Below, one piece after another: positions 24,240 to 38,529 of a stretch of DNA of 64,000 nt. How positions within the stretch are numbered: position 1 is the first letter of the stretch; every line of letters begins with the position of its first letter. A program made the translations under genes and the position numbers. This DNA comes from Octopus sinensis (taxonomy: Eukaryota), in assembly GCF_006345805.1 (NCBI RefSeq), contig NC_043011.1, positions 67,034,464-67,098,463 on the forward strand. Reading direction: 5' to 3'. The notes under the pieces were generated by a model, which searched no databases, was not told the DNA's origin, and saw nothing but the letters and a program-made list of their open reading frames with translations.

Positions 24240-25904
24240 CGGTTTTTTTGACTATTTATTAAAATTTATGTATTGATTAAGTCTTTCCTTGTTTGTTTTG
24301 CAAAATAGTGGTTTTGTCTCGAATAATATTTTATATATATATATATATAATTCTAATGTGTATCTTTCTGTGTCTTCGTCATGCCGTTACAACTCGAGAT
24401 CCAGCCAACCGATTTTAATGAAATTTTACACATGCATTACATATCGTCCTTGGAGTACATGTGCCTAAACAATTTCCAACTACTTGCCTAATGTGGGCCC
24501 AAGAGCAGATAAACCGCAACTTTGAAGCATTTTTGCAGCGTCAAGGGCCATAACCCGAAGAGTATCCAGTCGCTTTCCTCCGAATTTGCCACAAACATTA
24601 ATCAGGATCCTCGAATTCCTGTTGGGTAACACATTTCCGACGCCGATAATTGGACCCCCGCAAAATGCAGATTTATCAGATTTGAACATATTACACCGAG
24701 TTTTATCTTTTTTTTAGGCCATTTTCCAACGATAAAATACTGACACTACTTATGTATTATAAGTAGCATATAATATTTCATGAAAATATTTTTGTACAAT
24801 TTAGCAGAGGAAATGAGAAGATTAAAATTTTTGTCGTGCCCTTTTCAGGCACTGTCATCGTCGCGTCGGGCCATGTGCGTGTGTGTGTGTGTGGGTGGGT
24901 AAAGGCACAGGAAACCCATTCGTCCATTCTCCAGAAGTGCCCTGTTGATGCTTCACGTTTCCAATCCTGCGCAATGCAGCATGGCCCGGCAGCATGTCTG
25001 CTTTCTATGTCATCCATGTCTGACCTATATATTGCCAAATGTTCATACAAAATATTAGGCCCCCAACTGTGATCACTCCTCCGTTTAGTCAGAGTAAATA
25101 CTGAGTGTTCCAGAATTAATGATTAATGATTTTTTAAACTCACGTTTATTTATGTTTATTATGTTGAATATGGATTAATAGTGTATAAATTTTTAAATTT
25201 TGTTTATAATTTTATCTTCCTTCCAGTTGGACCCCTCCCGTTTGTCCATGACACCTTCTTTTTCAATTTGGCAGCAATCGTTTTCTTTACCTCCATTCCC
25301 CAAGATGGAGCGAATGTTTAGCTGAGCTTGGAGAACACATTCAGTTAGCAGTGCAGGAGCTAACTCTTGAAATGCTTCAAAATGTGTTTCACTAAGGAGA
25401 GATTGGAAGTATACAAAGACACAGACATGTTGAAAGTTTTCAATAAATGTTTAACGTAAGATTTATAAATCTTTTTTGTTTTTTGGTAACAGACATAAGA
25501 TGCTGTCATTTTTTTTTATTTTCTCAATTTCATGGTGTAGCTTTCTTACTTGTTGCATCTCTCGAGTAAATATTAAAATCAAAGGTCATCTCACCGTAGA
25601 CAACCCATTTTTTGTGAAGCACATTGTATCAATGAGTATATTATGTTTTATAGGAGTGGCTGTGTAGTTGAGAAGCCTGCTTTCCAAACATGTCACTCTC
25701 TGTGCTGACCAAAGCCTTGTGTATTATATAATTACCGTTGTTGAATTAATATATCAAATAACAGAACTCGCTTATTATTGTCATATAATAAACAGACAAA
25801 AGTTCGTGTATGAAATTGATTTTTTTTCTACGTCAATTGTTACGTTTTTTCGTATAAAATACACACATACAGGAGCAGTAAATGTATGTATGTATGTATG
25901 TATG

Positions 25905-25990
<86 letters not shown>

Positions 25991-26923
25991 TAACACTTTG
26001 AATGTGGCTCCCGAGAAAGTGTAAAAGTAATTACCTGATCAATAATGTATTACTGCTAGTATTTCAAGAAAATATAGATAGACTTCTTTCCTTGATTGCT
26101 GATATAGGCAAACATAAATGCGTTATGGGAACTGTTTTCCGTTACTGTTGTATCGCATATGTTGCATATGTGCTAAGGGAAACTACGTATTAACTATTCC
26201 GTAATGTTCTTTTTAGAGAACCATATTTTATAACCTTTTTTCTTGTTCACTGTACAGTACAACTTTATAATCAACGATGGCGCCACGATCATCCGATTTC
26301 TTTTATTTGTTTCAGTGTTTGGGCTACTTGCCCACCACGGCGGCACCGTTCTGAAGGGTTTAGACGAAAACATTGATTCGAGTACTAATTTGTATGAGCA
26401 TCCTGCAAAATCTGTTGTTTTCTTTTGCCGAGGTTACAGAGCGGTAAACAAAACAACACCGGTCATTATTTCATGAAATTGAATCGTCCTCTTTTAACAT
26501 CCATCTTCTATACTGGCATAAGTTGGACGGCTTGACAGTCAGGGCATGATGGGTTCAAGAAGTGAATGTTGCCAGAGTGTATGCATTGCATGATTTCTAT
26601 GGCCGTATACTTGCCTCTGTCTCTGTTAATGCTATAAATGTGACGGATTAATGCTATTGATTCTCGTATTGGCTGCCCTCCAGATTTCGATTGCATCAAA
26701 TGTTTTGTTTCAGTAGAATGGGATTTGTTATTATGTGTAAACATTTACGGAGAATAGAACACACATATTTCGCACACAATCATCCAGCCTGACAGCTAGG
26801 TCCCATCCACTACCACACGCAGCAAGTCATACATACATATGTGCTTGTGTATGGTTATGTGTGTGCGTGCGTGTATCAAAGATAAGATTTTGTTAGTAAT
26901 ATAATGATTAAATAGCAACTCAC

Positions 26924-26963
26924 CAACAATGAAAACTAAGATAACAGTACAAGAATTCATCAT
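26924..26963 (-). CDS. Candidate first coding exon, signal-peptide-like MMNSCTVILVFIV (gene copy A)
   Basis: ATG + 13 codons + G|GTGAGT; ~300 bp of flanking similarity to 5590-5910. Confidence 0.6.
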
Positions 26964-27242
26964 ACTTATTTGTGTCAAACGGGTTTCCTAGAGAACTACA
27001 TACAATGATCTTTTCTAAATTCTTTATAAATGCTGATAACAGATGTTATTTCTAAAATAGATATAAATGTGATGTATGCGATGTCATTATACTTCATTGT
27101 CCAATAGGCGAAAAATGTATAAAACATTCGTATGTAGACGTTTTAGATGACAGGTTTTATAGGAATTTGGAAAACAAATTGGTGCGAACTACACATTCAC
27201 TGAATTTCTCATTAATCGTGCGTTAACTGTTTTCATTATATA

Positions 27243-27324
<82 letters not shown>

Positions 27325-27704
27325 CATATATACATATATATATATGTATATACACGTACATATACATATATATATATATATTATATATATATATATATAT
27401 ATATTTATATACATATATATATATATACATATACATATATATATACATATACATACACAAACACACACACACACCATATATATATATAAAATAAAAAAAT
27501 GGAGGAATAGATTTTAATCATTCATCAACTATTATATTATATGGGCGAAGGTAAAATTTTACCTTCGCCCATATAATACAATAGATGAATTAATTGCATT
27601 GCAATTCTTAGCATTTATGTATTAGCCTTTCTGGGTACTTTACTGGCAGTATATTGGATAAATGTTATCCCATAGTGGTAACACTCACAACCCCTATCTC
27701 ACTT

Positions 27705-27735
<31 letters not shown>

Positions 27736-27779
27736 TATATATATACACACACACCATATATATATATATGAATGATATA

Positions 27780-27856
<77 letters not shown>

Positions 27857-27876
27857 TAATAATAATAATAATGATA

Positions 27877-27978
<102 letters not shown>

Positions 27979-28489
27979 GCAACAGAAATAGCAACAGCAA
28001 TAATACAGTGTTTTAGAATAGAAAAATGTCAATAATGAACATTTATTACATAATGTTTATTTCAAGAAGTTACTGTATTTTCAAGTTTTCGTGAATCCTC
28101 CTGACGAATTCTTCTCTTTAGTTCTGTCAGAACTAAAGAGAAATGTTCGCCAGAAGATTCCACGCAAACGTGAAGATTTGTGGGAGCTCAGCTACAGAGA
28201 ACAGCATCTCTACCTGTGAAGATGGTGAAGGATTTGTAGGCACCACTTCCCAGGGGCATTTGAACAATTATTCAAGATAAGGGAAGCCACACCAAATATT
28301 AACCATGTTCAGTAACTACTAGAAATGAATATTATGTATTCAATTCTCATTATAGACTTATTTCCTGTTTGAAAACATTGTATCTTGATAGGTTCATGTG
28401 AGGTGGCCAAAAGCTTTTGTATGGCCATTTTTAGTGGTTGTCGCGCATCTTCCCCTTTCATTAAGAAAACCTACTACAAAATATACTGA

Positions 28490-28528
28490 TTAGGTATAGG
28501 AATGACTCCAACGGGGCCAATGCTTCAT
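28490..28528 (-). CDS. Candidate terminal exon of an upstream paralog
   Basis: gcgtttttaacag|ATGAAGCATTGG...; lies just downstream of the 29138 exon. Confidence 0.35.
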   Translation of the reverse strand: MKHWPRWSHSYT

Positions 28529-29137
28529 CTGTTAAAAACGCAATGTCAAACAGCCACTTATAAGTTGGCACTTAGTAGAAATTTACAATAGTTAAAAGTA
28601 GCCAAAGACTTTTGTTCAGTATTGCATTTGCAAACAGGAAAGAGACAAAACATGAGTATATATATATATGTCATTGCTATTGTATTAAACTGTCGTATGT
28701 CCAAATTTGGCAAACTTGGCAAACTTGAAATGCTTGCAATTTGTTATGTCAGTGTAATTTTGCAAAGAATTAGTATTTTCGTAATACCTGCAAACCAACA
28801 TATATAAATATGTAGATATCTTGACTGGTAATGCAAGTAGAATCTCCCTGTAATAAAAGCACTACGTTTACACTGAACTACCAAAACGATCTTGCGTTTT
28901 CATTGTTGGGAGGTGTCTTTAGTGTTATTATTAGTCCATTCTCTATTATTGTAGTCTTACTGAAATGGCATATTACTGGATTTTCGAATATATCCTAGTT
29001 ATATGAAAAATTATATTGTTTGTTTATTACAGTAATATTCATATTGGCGTGAAGAAGGTGTGATACACTCTCATCACAACGCTAATACAAATATCAATAT
29101 TTCTTTAATGATGCCGTGTTACAAGCGTGTTACGTAC

Positions 29138-29173
29138 CTCAGGCCTGCTGGTGTCGCTTGGAAATAAATGCAA
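29138..29173 (-). CDS. Candidate 36-nt exon (upstream paralog)
   Basis: catctctttcttacag|TTGCATTTATTTCCAAGCGACACCAGCAGGCCTGAG|gtacgt; within a ~450-bp block similar to 18310-18730. Confidence 0.6.
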
Positions 29174-29398
29174 CTGTAAGAAAGAGATGTCATATTGTGA
29201 AATTGAAAATTCCGGGCAAACTATATATTTAATTGTTGATAGGTTTATTTTAGTTTATATATTGTTTATATATTGATTATATATGGATTATATATATGTT
29301 ATATATAGAGTATATATTTATATTTTTTCATTAATACTTTAATTATTTTAAAATTATTATTTTTATATTTTAAAATATTGATATTTTAGATTGGAAGT

Positions 29399-29441
29399 CC
29401 ACCTGAAGATTGTCGATCAGGACAAGAAACAATTGTAGTGG
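29399..29441 (+). ncRNA. Minimal canonical hammerhead, second copy of the 24.2-kb repeat
   Basis: CCAC-CTGAAGA-TTGTC gatcag GACAA-GAAA-CAATTG-TA-GTGG: palindromic stem III, GUA triplet. Confidence 0.8.
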
Positions 29442-29534
29442 CGGTTTTTTTACTTTTTATTAAAATTTTATGTATTGATTAAGCCTTTCCTTGTTTGTTT
29501 TGCAAAATAGTGGTTTTGTCTCTAATAATATTAT

Positions 29535-29577
<43 letters not shown>

Positions 29578-30239
29578 TATATATATAGTGCAAGTAACAA
29601 TGAAGGTAATATTATATATCATTGTATTAAGTTGAGATTTAAATTTAGGATTAAATTTTAAAATCATAAATAAAAATTGAATATCAAGGAGTTAATTTTT
29701 ATTATGGGAATAAAAATAATAGTCATAAGAAATGGGATACTAACTATGTAGAGAGTGTATGCAATACTTATTGTGCGATTAGAACATTCAAATGCAGGAT
29801 TTATATAAAAGATCTGACTAAGAATGTGTGTGTATAATCAGAAGGGTTACGCCTATATAATTAATATTAGAATAATTACATGAGGTGTATTTTATATTAA
29901 TATCATATAGTGAAAAATTATAGAGTAAAAGTCAATTATTTATATTTAGAAAAAATTAGATCTGTGGTCCTTATCGTGAAAGAAATAAAATAAGTATCCG
30001 CTAGATATTTTTCTCCATTTTGCTTATATTAATATAACTTTAAATCAAACTGTTTATCCCCACATATTGTGAAAATTCTCTCAATATATACTCGATATTT
30101 ATATACTGGATTTCATAAGAGCTGAGGAGGAAATCACATCCAAAAATTGACACACACACATACACATACACACACACACACAACACACACACACGTATAT
30201 ATATACATAAATATGTATGTATATATATATGTATGTATA

Positions 30240-30301
<62 letters not shown>

Positions 30302-30440
30302 GGAGTGGCTATAGGCGCAGGATCGGGTGTGTGATAAGTAGCTTGTTTACCGACCACATGATTCCGGTGTCTTCTACTATAGCCTCGGACCGACCAAAGC
30401 CTTGTGAGTGCATTTGGTAGATAGAAATTGAAAGAAGCCA

Positions 30441-30476
<36 letters not shown>

Positions 30477-30488
30477 TGAGTGTTTGTG

Positions 30489-30521
<33 letters not shown>

Positions 30522-30692
30522 CTGTGTTTGTCCGTCCACTACTGCTTGACAACCGATGCTGGTGTGTTTACCACCCGTAAAAAAAGAGAGCGATAGAATA
30601 AGTACAAAGAACAAGTCCTGGGGTTGATTTGTTCGTCTAAAGGCTGTGCTTCAGTAATGTCCGCAGTCTAATGACTGACACAAATAAAAGAG
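30302..30692 (+). mobile_element. SINE family A, internally deleted
   Basis: Homology to 4988 and 41022. Confidence 0.85.
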
Positions 30693-30896
30693 AAAAAGTG
30701 TATACATATGTGTGTATGCATGTATATATACATATGTGCGTGCGTGTGTGTCTGTGTGTGTGATTGTATGTATGTATGTATATTTGTATATATGCATATA
30801 TATGTGGCTATTTGTCTATATGTATATATACACATATATATCTATATATATATACATACATATATATATATATATATTATATATATATATATTATA

Positions 30897-30943
<47 letters not shown>

Positions 30944-30960
30944 ATATTAATATATATGTA

Positions 30961-30991
<31 letters not shown>

Positions 30992-31889
30992 GTGTGTATA
31001 ATACATAATCACGCATGCACGCGCGCAGACACACTTATGTGTGTATCTATGAAAGTAATGCTAATAAATTTTGTAGAAGCATTTTTACCTGCAGAATGCT
31101 TTTCCATCGACAACTTAAGTAAAATTTAACTTGGCCCTTCGACACCTTTTGCTTTGCATTTCATTGCAATCCTGGGCCTCTGCTATAACTAAATGTTGAT
31201 AAAACGACAAACAGAAAGTAAGAAATATAAATTATAGTGTTTAAATCATGTGTTTGAAAGAACACTTGGTGATTTTATTACGAAGAAGAATAGATTACAA
31301 CATTCAATAATGTAAATTTATTCATAATTTTATACTGGATTGGTGTGGTTCATTTTCGTTAAACTTAAATTTGAGAGATTTCGTAATATCGCAGGCAGTA
31401 TAGCTATGGGGTGGTTTTTCTTCTTGCTGACTTTTTATTCAGTTTGTGAAGAAAAAGTGCTTAGTCGTTTTGAAACGAAAACTGTTTGAGTCCTACTTTT
31501 ATCAACATAAATGTATGATACCTGTCGATATTTCTATGAAATATCGAACAAATAGTTCTTTGATTTCTGCTGTTGGCAAGGTAAAATGCGGTTTAAGGAT
31601 TGATTGATGTCACTGATGGATAGCATATGTGCTAAGAGAAAGTGTTTCAGTATCGTTCATTCCTTGTAGTCTATATTTTAGAGAGCCATATGTGATGCCT
31701 TTTCTACCTTTGACTGTAAAGCAAAGCTTCGTAACTAATGATGGGACTATGCTTATCATTTATGTTTTTATTTGTTTCAGACATTGAACTACATTCATAC
31801 CAAGATAATACCATGCTAATACATACGTACAAACATACATACATATATATACACATACACACACATGTATATGCATATATATATATATA

Positions 31890-32187
31890 GATAACAATTG
31901 CAGCGTGGAAGGTGTTTATAAGCCATTTAAGAAACATACAAAAGCCGTTCGATTCACTTCAACATTTAAGTTTAATTTGTTAAAATATTTTCGTCGCTAA
32001 AATCCGCGACCTGTTCACTGACAAAAATCCGTGCTGCATCTCTGAGATGCAGCACGGATTTGTCTCAGTGAACATGTCGCGGTCTTATAGCGACGAAAAT
32101 ATTTTGACAAATTAAACTTAAATGTTGAAGTGAATCGAACGGCTTTTGTATGTTTCTTAAATGGCTTACAAACACATTTCACGTTGC
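31890..32187. repeat. ~298-bp near-perfect palindrome with a 1-nt spacer at 32043
   Basis: Arms are reverse complements with few mismatches; each carries a hammerhead-like fold. Confidence 0.95.
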
Positions 32188-32344
32188 AATTGTTTTCGTT
32201 CCAGCACACGATCTCAGATCAAATCACTTGCTATGCAAGTACATCTCCGTAATATATATAGATACATTCATACATACATATATACATACATACATATATA
32301 TACATACATACATACATACATACGTATACAATCACACACACACA

Positions 32345-32394
<50 letters not shown>

Positions 32395-34189
32395 CATATT
32401 ATATTGTGAAGTTCCATTCTGATGAGGAAAGTGTTTGGATAAATTATAAATTCTACATTCTTTATATCGAACTAATTCTGAAACGCGTACCTGGGTAATC
32501 AAATACCGATTGATTTTCGTTATTCTTCATCTCTGCCTCTGTGGATTGTTTTCGAGTACTTTGTTTTTGTCCGAGAATCTCTTTTTAAAGTAGAGGAAAT
32601 AGGTAAGGTTCTCTGGCTGCTATTTCGAAACTTCGGTATGTGGTAAAGCAAATCTTTGCTGAGCGCTAATTATAATATATATATATATATATCTATTCAT
32701 ATATGTGTGTTTAGCATTCTTTAAGAAGAATAGTATTTGGACAGGGATTTCGAAGTCTCAGCCCGCTAAGCCATAATATATATGTACAAAGAAATATACT
32801 AGCACAATTTTGGAGATACGTCTGATAACACAGTCGATGCAATATGGACCGATTTATATATTGTAAGATTGAATTACTTTATTAAAAGACACTAGCATAA
32901 AATAAACGTTTGTTGCCAATTTGTAATGTGCAATCCTGAATTAAAGCTCTTTATTCTAGTTAATGTTTTTTTAAATATATTCCGGAATTTTTTAAAAATT
33001 TCTCTAAGCGAAATTCTGTTTTAATAATCGGACACATTTCGAACAGTCCATTGCCATCGATGCATTTTCTTGAGCTTGCAGTATTTGCAGATCATATCCT
33101 CGTTGTTCTTATATTTGCCATTCATATTACGTTTTTCTCCATTTATAGATCTACCATCACATCCACAAAACTTAGTCATTTTAAAATTTGATGTGGATGT
33201 AATTAACGTCCTTGTTTTATTTTATTTATTTATTTATTGTTCATTTGTTACTTAAATTTAATAATTAAGCTTCTTCAAACCGGGACGAAACTACAGAAAT
33301 GTTTTGGAAGTCGGACGAGATATGAAGGTAGCCAGCAACGAAATACTATTATTTGCATAATGTCTTCACTGGTGTCAAAATAATGCATTCGTAACAGCTG
33401 TTTCAGGTTCCACTGATTCCAGTGTGGCGCTGAACTCTGCCTATTTAACGATAATGCCTCTAAAGAAGATACCCCATCTTGTCATGCGAGAATTTACTTT
33501 TGTCAGTTCCACTGTCTTTTTCTATTCTTGTCTCATTATGCTAATGTCGTTCATGTCGTAGCTTTCATACGAACTCATACAGACAAGAGGAAATAATCAA
33601 ATAACAATGATTGTTGTAAGGAAAACCAACACGAATCGGTTTGTAGACTCGATATTACACTTGTATTCTAAGAGCACTGGGATTTAACCAAGCAAAGTGA
33701 AGTTGTGTATATTTAGCATGATTCTCTATATATAGTTATTATTTTGTCATACATGTTTGACTGAGAGCGAATGTGTGTGTATGTAATTTTGATAGCACTT
33801 GAGATTCTAAATTTACAATTAAATGAATGAAACAAAGATATCATTGCATTACACACGGTAATTAGTAACATGAGGAAAATATTGTGACATACATATATAA
33901 CATTTCATCAGGGATAGTTGGATTAGGAATAGATGCAAATTTATATATGTTGTTAAATAAATTTATATATTGATATCGATAAACATCTAGACTATTGTGA
34001 CATTGATAAAATTACATACGGATGGATTTCAACTTGAAAAGAGATCAAGTTATGAGTATATATGTATGTGTAGATATATAGGCTGACAAGCATATATGCG
34101 TGTGTGTATGTGTGTGTTTGTGAGTGTGTATGAGCACGTGTGCGTGTGTGTGAGTATACGTGTTTGTTTGTAGACAGAAAGCTAGGTAG

Positions 34190-34394
34190 CTATAAGGCTA
34201 AATGCTTAGCGGTATTTCGTCTGTCTTTATGTTCTGAGTTCAAATTCCGCTGAAGTCGACTTTGCCTTTCATCCTTTCGAGGTCGATAAATTAAGTACCA
34301 GTTACGCACTGGGTTCGATGTAATCGACTTAATCCCTTTGTCAGTCCTTGTTTGTCCCTTCTATGTTTACCCCCCTTTGGGTAATAAAGAAATA
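34190..34394 (+). mobile_element. SINE family B, 5'-truncated, with ~14-bp target-site duplication
   Basis: AGAAAGCTAGGTAG on both sides (34176 and 34395). Confidence 0.85.
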
Positions 34395-34433
34395 AGAAAG
34401 CTAGGTAGTCATTTCTCTAGACAGAGATAGATC

Positions 34434-34502
<69 letters not shown>

Positions 34503-34509
34503 GTCGATC

Positions 34510-34579
<70 letters not shown>

Positions 34580-35369
34580 CAGAGGGGCGGACAGACGGAG
34601 GAATGGATGGATCCAAGACAGAAAGTGACATTCTATGGATATTAATAAAAGTTAAGAATATTTAAAATAAAAGTAGTTTACCAAAAGTGAGAAGAAAAAC
34701 ACATATATAACCTTTCATCGTGGATATCACTCTGAAGCACATTTTCTTTCGAGGCTATAAGCAACTGATGTCGGTTGTTTTACTTAATACAACCTGATTT
34801 GTATGGTTTGGTATAGTAATAAAATTTGACATATTTATGATGAGAATTAATAAAAATGACATTTTCATAATTTACCACAAGGAATAATATATTAGATGAC
34901 TATATACATTTATATTTTTATTTGTAAGAGGTATAAAATGATTTATTGTTTATTATGTAAGCCGTGTTCGAGACGTAATTTATACGATTCTTTATTTTCG
35001 TTGATGAATCGGTAGGGGCTGCGAGCTTTTATTAAGAATGTGGAAGGAATGTTGCTTGTTTCTCGTTTTATGTTATGTTGACAGTTCTCATAGGAGTTAA
35101 TATATTAAAATCAATGTCAACGAGAAAATTGCTTATTATGAATAATATGTTTCTCTACATTCTCCAAGATTTACCCCAACGAAAATATGACGTTTTCTTT
35201 TTGTGCACGGCTGATAGTTGCTGTTGTAATTTCAATGTGAAATATAATTCTTTACGCATAAGTGGGCATAACATTTTAACTGACGTAAGTGGTCGAATTA
35301 CATATTTTGATAGAGTAACTTTTCCTCGGTAATAGCGTTTATTCATGTTGTTCATTGTAGATAAATAAT

Positions 35370-35950
35370 GGCATCCAAAGAGAAGCAACATGTCATTGTT
35401 GAGTTTGCTGTATTTTTTTAAAGAAAAAGGTGGAGAGCGAGATGTTGAGAGTTTGCCAACGGAGATGATGCTACTGACACGTTCAATCTGCGCAGATGGA
35501 TCAATAATTTTAAAGATGAGGAAATTGGCATTATCGGAAAGAAATTAATAGTTTGTTTTCAGCCCTGTTTGCTCCTTCCGCCACGAATCGCTAATATATG
35601 AGATTGATGAGATTCGAAGGAGAAAATGGGAGGCACAGCCTTGCAATTAGCTGCATAATTGCATTATAGATTAATTTGAATATTGGATAGAATATGCAAT
35701 GTGATCATGTCGGTTGTTGGCACCCGATATAAAGAAGAAAATAGGTGAAAATATCGGCTCTTTTAGAACCTTTCGAATGCAATGGAGACATGATTTTACC
35801 GGTCTGATATATTTATGATCGTCGTCGTATCTCTATGATCTAGAAACGAGGGGTTTGTCCATGGAATGACATCACATATTTCCTCCAAATCCTAAGAATT
35901 TCAACATCCAACGTTCGCCATATAAAGTAACAAATTACTTTAAGGGTTTA
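35370..35950 (+). pseudogene. Highly decayed mariner transposase remnant
   Basis: ...GDDATDTFNLRRWINNFKD... and SYLYDLETRGLSME*HH...PNPKNF...RSP resemble the mariner HTH and the (W)VxxYDPETKxQSxEW region. Confidence 0.6.
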
Positions 35951-37343
35951 ACAAGGTTATCGTTCTCCTTGTTATTCAGGAAAACAATTGTACCGTGAGC
36001 AGCAACAATACATTGAGACACCTCCCCACCACCACCCCACAAGAAGTTTTAGTGAAAACATTAGGTGAAGAAAAAACGGAGATTCTTTAAACGATCCATG
36101 TTCACTCTGACTATTTGCGACCACATACTTTTGGCGAGAAATTGGGATGGCTTGGGTTTCTTCCATCCCCAGTACATTCTGGATTTGCACCAAACACCTT
36201 CCGTCTGTTTTTGGTTCAATGAAGAACAGTCTTACTGGATTACTGTTTCATGACAGAAACGAGATTATAGTACTCGTTAACAACTGTCACAATAGCGCGA
36301 AATTATCATTATATATTCGGAAACGAATGAGAAAGAACTTCGTTAGCATTGCTACAACGACGGATAAGGTTAATTCGTAGATAACATTATAGCAGCAGTG
36401 GCAAGAAATGTTCAGTAAAGCTATAGAACTGGCATACTTTGTGCATTCAAAACATGATTCTTGTCCATGTGAGGTGGTGGAATGCACTCTTGTTGTTTGT
36501 GTCTGTTCCCTTGCTGATACTAGCAGTATATTCTATTACTCTGCTTATTTGCAGCGTTCTCTTCATTTGCTCGATGCCGAGCCAGGTAGTTGGTCAGTGA
36601 TCTTTTACATTATGGCGGAAATTATGATGTCTGGAATTCAGAAGATTCTAGCTCTCCAGGAAGCCATTGGTAGATCTCATCACCCTTTCAAACACTGGGA
36701 GGTGAGTGAGATTGGACGATAGTGGCTGCAAGAGATATATTGTCCTTATTGAAAACCAGAACGACATATAGGGATAAGATATGTCTAAAACATTTCTCCA
36801 GACGATTGTTAGATGTGTTGCAAGTTGGTGTCTGCATTGCTTCGGCATAGAAGCGGAGAATCTGACAAGGACGACAGCAGAAAAATGCCTGATTTCATTT
36901 ATTGCTATTATTAGGTCTCTGGCATTAAAAACTTATACGAAGGTAAGATGTTGGGGTTTGAATTCGTTCTGAGCCTTTGCGTTAATATCGGTGGCTTCAC
37001 TAAAGACAAGGAAGTACTGTTTTTGCAGTACTTCTGCTATTAATTTAGCGTGATGTACAACGACTGTTATCATCTATCAGTGGAGCAATGGGAGAGACAT
37101 CGATCCTATGCGGGTTGGCACATGAATAGATCACTTTCGGGCTGTGCGTAATTTTTTCAATTACCAGTTTTCCTCTACAGATCTTTGGTTACCGATAGGT
37201 ATTTCTCTCTCTAACACTCTTTCTTTCCCTCTCTCCGTGCTTTCTTTTTTCTCTCTATCTTCTCTCTCTCCTTTCTTTCTTTCTCTCTCTCTCTTCTCTC
37301 AGCCACTCTCTCTCTTTCTCTCTTTGTATATATAAATAAATAA

Positions 37344-37387
<44 letters not shown>

Positions 37388-37507
37388 CAGACAGAGAGAG
37401 AGAAGGGAGGGAGACACAGATAGATAGATAGATTGATTGAAAGATAGATAGATAAATAGATAGACATACAGACAGACATATAGATAGATAGATAGATAGA
37501 TAGATAT

Positions 37508-37552
<45 letters not shown>

Positions 37553-38529
37553 CAAACAGACATATAGATAGTGAAAGACAGATCGATAGATTTACGGCCA
37601 CATGACATACACATACAAGTATTGATTTGTCGCATATCAATAAATATCGCAGTATGTGTAAGAGGTGCAAAAGTAATAATATTAACACGAAAAGGCTAAG
37701 TATACACGAAAATCGTCCATCTGTACAGAGCATGGACATATTTTCCAAAACACAGACGTGGATAATACATACAACAGTTTATATAGAAACATTATAATAT
37801 TCACACAGCTCATTTCACTTCTCATGGCCTGCTTCATAGAATTATCGGAAACTGAACTTTATTTTTTATGCATTTACACTTCACACACAATTATAGATTA
37901 ACACATCTAAAAGCGCAAAAAGAAATGTTCACCTTTGCGTCTGTATTTCATCTATCGCACGTTGTTTTTTGCTTCTTCCATTTTTGTTTTTGCTTTTCAT
38001 CGCTGCTCTGGAAAAATACAGATAAAACAATAATAAGAGATGTTGAGCAGGCAATTTTTTTTAATAAGTGTTAATTCAACAAAGGTCTCATTTCTTTACA
38101 TTTGCCTAATAGATATATTTACTTGTTCATCTGTGAATATTATACGTTAAAATATATTGAGTCGTAACAACTGGATATTGGTAACGCCATACTTACACGT
38201 AATCATTATATATGTGTCTGCCTGTACGTGCATTTATATGTACATATATATATTTGCATGCAAGTACGCATGCATACCAGAGTGCGTTCACACACGAACG
38301 CGCGCATGCGCAAGCAGACAACAGCAAAACAAGGGTGGGGATTGGTGGTTGTCATGTGCTGGTGGTTGGTAAACTTTGGATATTAGTAAATGACGGTCCC
38401 ATTTATGAAGTTGCTTCGTGGCGGTGACCTTTGTGCATGTGGTGCAAAGTAGCAGTTGGTGCTAAGGTCGTATATCCGGGTTTTAGGTAGTCAGAGGTTT
38501 CGAATTTCCCAGAAGAGCATATCTTTAGC

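Noticed and set aside
24345-24780. Helitron-N-like 5' sequence
   Set aside because: No hairpin or CTAG end found.
32491-32602. Possible minus-strand exon ending CCAG|gtacgc, or a plus-strand 12-nt microexon
   Set aside because: Signals conflict between strands, the acceptor is weak and there is no homology support.
36060-36900. Coding-looking unique stretch with several short ORFs
   Set aside because: Stops in all frames; may be an ancient LINE endonuclease remnant but motifs are too degraded to call.
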